Shown here: positions 58,306 through 64,000 of the stretch, piece by piece
How positions within the stretch are numbered: the stretch's first letter is position 1
Layout: the number at the start of each line of letters is the position of its first letter
NCBI GenBank assembly: GCA_963782055.1
Contig: CAWAIF010000003.1
Coordinates: 3,808,001-3,872,000 of the forward strand
Source: an uncultured delta proteobacterium
GTDB taxonomy: Bacteria > Myxococcota_A > Polyangia > Polyangiales > Polyangiaceae
Length of the DNA: 64,000 nt
Reading direction: 5' to 3'
The notes under the pieces: generated by a model
Databases searched by the model: none
Told to the model about the DNA's origin: nothing
Seen by the model: the letters and a program-made list of their open reading frames with translations, nothing else
Program-made: the position numbers and the translations under genes

Positions 58306-58324
58306 ACCGCCGCGGTGCGCGCGG

Positions 58325-59482
58325 TCACACGCCGCCGGCGACGAGGGTGTCGGCGAGGCGGGCGAGGAGCGTGATGTCGTGCACGTCGGTGGCGAGCTCC
58401 GCCACGCGCACGACCGGCGCGCCGCTCCTGGTCACGTCGGTGAGGGCACGCAGGTTGCGGCGGTCCAGCTCGGCGAGCCGGAACGCATCGTGATGCGCCC
58501 GGGCGACGCGCGCGGGGGCGTCCTCGTCGAGGGTGACCCCTGCGGCGGCGATGGCCTCCCCCGCCTGCTCCGGCGTGGCCGGCTCCGTGGCGCCGGCGGG
58601 CGGCAGGTGCAGCCGGTTGATGACGAAGGCGCCGAGCGGCATCTTCGCCTCGATGAGCCGCTCGGCGAAGTACACGACCTCGCGCAGGCTCATGGGCGCC
58701 GGCGAGGTCACCAGCACGAAGGCCACGTCGTCGGACCGCAGCGTCCGCTGCACCACCTGCGCGCGCTGCTTGAAGCCTCCGAACAGGTCGTTCAGCTCGG
58801 TGATGAACTCGGCCATCGCCTCCAGGAAGCCGCCGCCTGTGATGCGGCCGATGCCGCGCAGCACGACCGAGGCGCTCTTGGCGAGCAGGTTCAAGGAGAG
58901 CTTGCCGCTCGACTGGAACGCCTGGACGAACCACTTCATCGTCGCCGAGTCGAGCGCGTCCATCAGCCGCTCCGGCGCGTCCAGGAAGTCCAGCGCGTTG
59001 GAGGTGGGCGGCGTATCGAGGACGATGAGGTCGTAGCGAGGGTCGTCCTTCACCGCGACGAGCTTCTCGACCGCCATGTACTCCTGTGTGCCGGCGAGCG
59101 AGGTGGAGACGTACTGGTAGAGCCTGTTGTCCAGCAGCTTGGCCGCGCGCTCGGGGGTGGAGGAGTACTTGCGCACCAGCTCGTCGAAGGTGCGCTTCTG
59201 GTCCAGCATCATGACGGTGAGCCGCCCCGTCACCGGCTTGCCGGTGGCGGCGAAGGCCCCGTTGTCGATGTCCACCGCGTCGGTGTCGATCTTCTCCAGC
59301 CCGAGCGCCTGCGCGAGGCGCTTGGCGGGGTCGATCGTCAGGCAGAGCACGCGCTTGCCCTCCCGCGCGGCGGCCACCGCCAGCGCGGCGGCGGTGGTGG
59401 TCTTGCCCACGCCCCCCGCGCCGACGGTGACGAGCACCCGGCGTGTGGTGAGCAGCGTCTTGAGCGCTTCGCCCTCGGCCAT
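58325..59482 (-). CDS. ArsA/GET3-family ATPase (single domain)
   Basis: GAGGVGKTT, TIDPAKRLA, GTQEYMA and LDTPPTSNALDFLDAP. Confidence 0.92.
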   Translation of the reverse strand: MAEGEALKTLLTTRRVLVTVGAGGVGKTTTAAALAVAAAREGKRVLCLTIDPAKRLAQALGLEKIDTDAVDIDNGAFAATGKPVTGRLTVMMLDQKRTFDELVRKYSSTPERAAKLLDNRLYQYVSTSLAGTQEYMAVEKLVAVKDDPRYDLIVLDTPPTSNALDFLDAPERLMDALDSATMKWFVQAFQSSGKLSLNLLAKSASVVLRGIGRITGGGFLEAMAEFITELNDLFGGFKQRAQVVQRTLRSDDVAFVLVTSPAPMSLREVVYFAERLIEAKMPLGAFVINRLHLPPAGATEPATPEQAGEAIAAAGVTLDEDAPARVARAHHDAFRLAELDRRNLRALTDVTRSGAPVVRVAELATDVHDITLLARLADTLVAGGV

Positions 59483-59489
59483 CGTCCTG

Positions 59490-60968
59490 TTATCCCGGCT
59501 CGTCCTCGTACTCGCCTTCGGCGAGGTTGTCGAACCGAGTGTACTCGCGGTCGAAGCGCACCTTCACGGTCCCTGTCGGTCCGTTGCGCTGCTTGGCGAT
59601 GATCAGCTCGGCCACGTTGGGCTCCGTCGTCGCCTCGCGATTGTAGTACTCGTCGCGGTAGATGAAGACGATGTTGTCGGCGTCCTGCTCGATGGCGCCG
59701 GACTCGCGCAGGTCGCTGAGCTGCGGGCGCTTGCTCTTCTCCGAGCGCGTCTCGACGGCGCGATTGAGCTGGCTGAGGGCGACGACCGGCAGCCGCAGCT
59801 CCTTGGCCAGCCCCTTGAGCCCGCGGGAGATCTCGCTGATCTCCTGCTCGCGGGAGGCTGCCCCTTCCCTGCCCCGCATGAGCTGCAGGTAGTCCACCAC
59901 CACCAGGCCGATGCGGCGGGTGGGCTTGCCCTCCTCGTCGACGCGGTCGTACTCCGCCTGAAGGCGGCGCACCTTGGCGCGCAGCTCCAGGATGTTGAGC
60001 GAGGGGGTGTCGTCCACCCACACCGGGAGACTGCCGAGGTAGGAGGCGGCCTGGGTGAGGCGGCTCCAGTCCTGCTGGCTCAGGAAGCCTTGACGGAGCT
60101 TGCCCACGTCCACCTTGCCCTCCGAGCACACCATGCGGTTGGCGATCTGCTCGCGCGGCATCTCGAGGGAGAAGACGACCACGCCCACGCCCGGCTCGTC
60201 CCAGCGCTGCGATGGGTCGCTCGCGGCCACGCGCGACTTGGGGCTCGCCACGTTGGTGGCGACGTTGAGCACGAAGCTGGTCTTGCCCATGCCGGGGCGC
60301 GCGGCGACGATGGTGAGGTCACCGGGGTGGAGGCCGGCGGTGAGGCGGTCGTAGCGCTCGAAGCCACTGGGGGTGCCGGTGATACGGTCGCCGCGCTGCA
60401 TGGCGTCGGTGAGCGCCTTGAAGGACTTCTTCATCACGTCGAGGAGCTTCTCGACGCTGCTGCCCTCCGGCGTGCGCGCGATCTCGTAGACGCTCTGCTC
60501 CGCGGTATCGATGAAGGACTGCGCCTCGCCGTAATCCAGGTAGCCCTGCGCCGCGACGCGTTGACAGGTCGCGATGAGCTGCCGGACGCGCCACTTCTCG
60601 TGGATGGTGCGCCCGTACGAGGCGATGTTCGCGACCGCGGGGGCCGCGTTGAGGATGTCGGTCAGGTAGGCCATGCCGCCGACCTGCGCGATGCGGTCGC
60701 GGTTCTTCAGCCAGGTGCCCACCTGGATGATGTCCACCGGCTGGCCCACGCTCCGCAGCTCGATCGCCGCCTCGAAGATGCGGCGGTGCGCCTCCGAGTA
60801 GAAGTGCTCCGGCTTGAGGAACTCCAGGACCCTGTCGAGCGCAGAGGCGTCGAGGAGGATGGCGGAGAGCACGGCGGCCTCGGCGTCCAGGTCGTGCGGG
60901 GGGACGCGCCCCTCGACGATCGCCGGCTCGATCACAGCTTGCGCACGGTTGCCACGCATGTTTCCCAC
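59490..60968 (-). CDS. dnaB: Replicative DNA helicase
   Basis: PPHDLDAE, AARPGMGKT, FSLEM, VDYLQL, LSQLNR, LRESGAIEQDAD and KQRNGPTG. Confidence 0.97.
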   Translation of the reverse strand: MGNMRGNRAQAVIEPAIVEGRVPPHDLDAEAAVLSAILLDASALDRVLEFLKPEHFYSEAHRRIFEAAIELRSVGQPVDIIQVGTWLKNRDRIAQVGGMAYLTDILNAAPAVANIASYGRTIHEKWRVRQLIATCQRVAAQGYLDYGEAQSFIDTAEQSVYEIARTPEGSSVEKLLDVMKKSFKALTDAMQRGDRITGTPSGFERYDRLTAGLHPGDLTIVAARPGMGKTSFVLNVATNVASPKSRVAASDPSQRWDEPGVGVVVFSLEMPREQIANRMVCSEGKVDVGKLRQGFLSQQDWSRLTQAASYLGSLPVWVDDTPSLNILELRAKVRRLQAEYDRVDEEGKPTRRIGLVVVDYLQLMRGREGAASREQEISEISRGLKGLAKELRLPVVALSQLNRAVETRSEKSKRPQLSDLRESGAIEQDADNIVFIYRDEYYNREATTEPNVAELIIAKQRNGPTGTVKVRFDREYTRFDNLAEGEYEDEPG

Positions 60969-61105
60969 AGGCCTCCCAAACGCCGACGCCCCGGCTGCTC
61001 GGCAGCCAGGGCGTCATCATCGTCCACGCGCCCTTCGGCGCGTCGGCCGGCCTCCGGCCGAACCTGAAGCGTGACGTTAGCGCGAACGAGCGCCGCGTTC
61101 CACGC

Positions 61106-61561
61106 CTACTTGCGGACGACCTCCACCTTGAGGGTGGCGGTCACGTCGTGCATCAGCTTGACCGGCACCTCGTAGGAGCCGAGCGCGCGGATCGGCTCGG
61201 CCAGGTGCATCTTCTTGCGGTCGACGTCGAGGCCGTGCGCCTTGACCGCCGCATGGATCTCCTTGGTCGTGACCGAGCCGAAGAGCTTGTCGTCCTCACC
61301 CACCTTGTGGGCGAGGGTGACGGTGAAGCCCTCGAGCTTCTTGGCGAGCTCGAGCGACTCCTTCTTCAGCTTCTCCGCGCGCGCCAGCGCGACGGCCTTC
61401 TCGTGCGCGATGCGGTGCATCTGGGCGGTGGTCGCCGGGACGGCGAGGGCTCGCGGCAACAGGTAGTTGCGCGCGTAGCCCGGCCGGACCTTCACCAGGT
61501 CGCCCGACTTGCCGACGTTCTCGACGTCGTGCTGGAGGATGACTTGAATCGTGGCGGGCAT
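61106..61561 (-). CDS. rplI: 50S ribosomal protein L9
   Basis: VGKSGDLVKVRPGYARNYLLP and KLFGSVT. Confidence 0.97.
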   Translation of the reverse strand: MPATIQVILQHDVENVGKSGDLVKVRPGYARNYLLPRALAVPATTAQMHRIAHEKAVALARAEKLKKESLELAKKLEGFTVTLAHKVGEDDKLFGSVTTKEIHAAVKAHGLDVDRKKMHLAEPIRALGSYEVPVKLMHDVTATLKVEVVRK

Positions 61562-61572
61562 GGCTCAGCTCC

Positions 61573-61872
61573 TCAGGCCGTGACGGTGAAGGGCAAGAGC
61601 GCGATGTTGCGGGCGCGCTTGATCGCCTTGGTGACCTTGCGCTGGTGCAGCGCGCAGTTGCCGCTGATGCGGCGGGGAACGACCTTGCCGCGCTCGGAGA
61701 TGAAGTACTTGAGCGCCTGCGGGTCCTTGTAGTCGATCTCCGCGGTCTTCTCCGCGCAGAACTTGCAAACACGCTTCTTGCCCGTGCGGCGGCGGCCGGG
61801 GGCGTCGGCGTTGAGGTCCGGCGTGCGGCCGAACTCCTTGTCGTCATCCATCATCGAGGATCGGTTGGACAT
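61573..61872 (-). CDS. rpsR: 30S ribosomal protein S18
   Basis: CKFC...IDYKD...[22 protein letters not shown]...IKRAR..ALLPF. Confidence 0.97.
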   Translation of the reverse strand: MSNRSSMMDDDKEFGRTPDLNADAPGRRRTGKKRVCKFCAEKTAEIDYKDPQALKYFISERGKVVPRRISGNCALHQRKVTKAIKRARNIALLPFTVTA

Positions 61873-61875
61873 GGC

Positions 61876-62574
61876 TCAGCCCTCCCCTTCTTTCTTGCCG
61901 GCGGCTTCCTTCGGCGCGGCGGCCTCCTTCGGCGCGGCGGCCTCCTTCGGCGCGGCGGCCTCCTTCGGCGCGGCGGCCTCCTTCGGCGCGGCGGCCTCCT
62001 TCGGCGCGGCGGCCTCCTTCGGCGCGGCGGCCTCCTTCGGCGCGGCGGCCTCCTTCGGCGCGGCGGCCTCCTCGCCACCCGAGGCGGCGGCGGCGGGGGC
62101 GGGCTCGTGCTCCGGCTCCTCGCCGCGGCGGGAACGCGGGGACTCCATCGCCTCGAGGCCGAGCTGGCGCTCGCGCGACTCCTCCCTGTCCTCCTCCGCG
62201 GGCAGGTCCAGCTTCTGGAACTTGATCTCCTCCGGGTCGACGGTGACGGAGGCGACGTCGATCTGCTCGCCGACCATGACGGTCTGGAACTTCAGCACGG
62301 CGTCCTGGAGCTTCAGGTTGCGCTCCAGCTCCTGCACCAGGCCGCCCACGCCCACGTACTTGACGTAGACGTAGACGCCGCGCTTCTGCTTGGCGACCGG
62401 GTAGGCCAGCTTGCGGCGGCCCCAGGCCTCCACCTTGACCAGCTTGCCCTCGGCCCTCTCGACCACCTCACCCACGCGACCCTGCACCTTCTCGGCGGTG
62501 TCGGAGTCGATATCGGAGCGGAGGATGTAGATGGTCTCGTACTCCTTCGCCCTCAGCGCTTGCGTCGTACCCAT
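61876..62574 (-). CDS. rpsF: 30S ribosomal protein S6 with an extended repetitive C-terminal tail
   Basis: EYETIYILR, WGRRKLAYPV and ELERNLKL; GAGGAG RBS. Confidence 0.96.
   Translation of the reverse strand: MGTTQALRAKEYETIYILRSDIDSDTAEKVQGRVGEVVERAEGKLVKVEAWGRRKLAYPVAKQKRGVYVYVKYVGVGGLVQELERNLKLQDAVLKFQTVMVGEQIDVASVTVDPEEIKFQKLDLPAEEDREESRERQLGLEAMESPRSRRGEEPEHEPAPAAAASGGEEAAAPKEAAAPKEAAAPKEAAAPKEAAAPKEAAAPKEAAAPKEAAAPKEAAAPKEAAGKKEGEG
61909..62070. repeat. Perfect 18-bp tandem repeat x9 encoding (EAAAPK)9 in the S6 tail
   Basis: Unit cttcggcgcggcggcctc repeated without mismatch over 162 bp. Confidence 0.95.
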
Positions 62575-62581
62575 GCGATGT

Positions 62582-62649
62582 TCTCCTCGTGGACACCGGC
62601 CCGCCCGGGGCGGACCGTCGGCCCGCGGACGGGGTCCGCGAGCAAGGAT
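62582..62649 (-). ncRNA. S6:S18 ribosomal protein leader (cis-regulatory RNA)
   Basis: Minus strand UCCUUG-CUCGCGGA-loop-UCCGCGGG-CCG ... CGAGGAG: a hairpin followed by the conserved CCG, with the 5' UCCUUG able to pair with the rpsF SD. Confidence 0.75.
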
Positions 62650-62723
62650 CCCGCCAGAAAAGGCGGGGGCCGGCCTTTTAGCACAAAGGCGGGCGCGCAC
62701 AACCCCGAGTCGCAGCTCGCGGC

Positions 62724-63320
62724 TCAGGTTCCCCGGCCGGGCCTGCAGCTCGGCCCCGCGTTGACCACGTTCATGGCGGCGGCCGCCCCGTCGCGGACGA
62801 GGCGCTCCAGCGCGGTGAGGACGCGTGCCAGCACGTCGGGCAGCTCCGCCCGCTCGGAGGCGTCGAAGTTGGAGAGCACGTAGTCGGCCACGTCGCCGCG
62901 GAAACCGGGGGGCGGCCGGCCGATGCCCACCCGCACACGCAGGAAGTCCGGCGTCCCCAGACGCTCGATGATGCTCCTCAGCCCGTTGTGGCCCGCGTGG
63001 CCGCCGCCCTGCTTCAGCCGGATGTCCCCGAAGGCGAGGTCCAGCTCGTCGTGGACCACCACCACGCGCGCCGGCGGCACCTTCACGAAAGCGGCCGCGG
63101 GCTGCACCGAGTCCCCCGAGACGTTCATGAACGTCATGGGCTTGAGCAGGACGATGTCGTCCCCGAAGGACGTACCCCGGGTGAAGACGCCGGAGAACTT
63201 CTCGCGCCAGTCGGGCAGGCTCGCCTCCTCGCGGAGGCGGTCGGCGGTCATGAAGCCGACGTTGTGACGGTTGCCCGAGTACTTCTTTCCCGGGTTCCCG
63301 AGCCCGACGACGAGATGCAC
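62724..63320 (-). CDS. pth: Peptidyl-tRNA hydrolase
   Basis: VGLGNPG, RHNVGF, KPMTFMNVSG, HDELD and GHNGLRSI. Confidence 0.97.
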   Translation of the reverse strand: MHLVVGLGNPGKKYSGNRHNVGFMTADRLREEASLPDWREKFSGVFTRGTSFGDDIVLLKPMTFMNVSGDSVQPAAAFVKVPPARVVVVHDELDLAFGDIRLKQGGGHAGHNGLRSIIERLGTPDFLRVRVGIGRPPPGFRGDVADYVLSNFDASERAELPDVLARVLTALERLVRDGAAAAMNVVNAGPSCRPGRGT

Positions 63321-63326
63321 CGCAGG

Positions 63327-63998
63327 CTACTTCTTCTTCTTTTCGTCCTTCGCCGGGGCGGCGGGCGCCGCGGCGGGGGCGGCACCAGCCGCGGGGGCGG
63401 CGCCAGCAACAGGCGCGGCCTCGGTGGTCTCCGCCTTCTCCTTCTCCGGCGCGACGACGGCGACGAGCGTCTGCTCGTCTGCGAGGCGAACGGTCACGCC
63501 CTCGTCCAGCTTCAGCTCCTGGGTGGCGACGTGCTCGCCCAGGTTGAGGTGGCTGACGTCGACCTCGATCTTCAGCGGGATGCGCTCCGGCAGGCAGCGC
63601 ACGGGCAGCGTGCGGTAGACCTGGCGCAGGACGCCGCCGAGGGTCACGCCCGCGGGCTTGCCCGTGGTCACGAGCGGCACTTCCACGTCCACCGCCTGGT
63701 CGAGCTTCACCTCGACGAAGTCGACGTGCTGCAGGTGCCTGTCCAGCGGGTGGTACGAGTAGTCCCTGATCATGACGACCAGGTCCTTCGCGTCCACCTT
63801 CATCTGGATGACGGTGTTCTGGCCGCGCTCGCTGTGGAGGATGCCGAGCACGTCCTTCGGGGCGATGGAGATGGGGATGGCGGGGAGGGTCTTGCCGTAC
63901 GCGACGGCGGGGACTTGACCGGTCTTGCGAAGGCGCTTCGCCTCGCCCTTGCCGCCGGTGACGCGGGGGGTGGCCTGGAGGGGAGTCATCGTGGACAT
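63327..63998 (-). CDS. rplY: 50S ribosomal protein L25 / Ctc
   Basis: KRLRKTGQVPAVAYG, HVDF and GVTLGGVL; Ala-rich tail. Confidence 0.95.
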   Translation of the reverse strand: MSTMTPLQATPRVTGGKGEAKRLRKTGQVPAVAYGKTLPAIPISIAPKDVLGILHSERGQNTVIQMKVDAKDLVVMIRDYSYHPLDRHLQHVDFVEVKLDQAVDVEVPLVTTGKPAGVTLGGVLRQVYRTLPVRCLPERIPLKIEVDVSHLNLGEHVATQELKLDEGVTVRLADEQTLVAVVAPEKEKAETTEAAPVAGAAPAAGAAPAAAPAAPAKDEKKKK

Positions 63999-64000
63999 GG

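Noticed and set aside
59490..60968. Intein in DnaB
   Set aside because: Normal length and contiguous helicase motifs; only short loop insertions.
61909..62070. Possible CRISPR array
   Set aside because: The repeats are contiguous with no spacers, in frame within rpsF, and no cas genes are present.

Overview
A very GC-rich window from a myxobacterium (Myxococcota, most likely Polyangia/Sorangiineae, judged from RomX, Glt/Nfs-like genes, a TIGR02266-type PilZ protein and a short OPX plus beta-barrel pair). About 55 genes are supported. Housekeeping genes include rplY-pth-rpsF-rpsR-rplI-dnaB, era-der, rlmN, mazG, lgt and an RluA-family synthase. Other loci are a PerR-rubrerythrin-FeS oxidoreductase-DUF3501 peroxide-stress operon and an ECF sigma/anti-sigma pair. 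The most interesting accessory loci are three. (i) A compact ACP + two fused KS/CLF-like ketosynthases + LolB-like lipoprotein operon with no reductases (4.1-9.2 kb). (ii) A 15-kb Glt/Nfs-like TPR/TonB-like envelope machine with a degenerate ExbB/TolQ-like gene, lying directly upstream of a beta-barrel + short Wza export module (33.8-47.7 kb). (iii) An NTT-like transporter-HEAT-cNMP fusion next to mazG. Two genes (moxR and the gltG-like gene) each carry a +1 frameshift in the identical 8-mer CAGAATCC. Many genes appear leaderless. An S6:S18 leader RNA precedes rpsF, whose tail holds 9 perfect 18-bp repeats. No tRNA, rRNA, CRISPR array or mobile element was recognised. All assignments come from motif recognition by eye, not from database searches.
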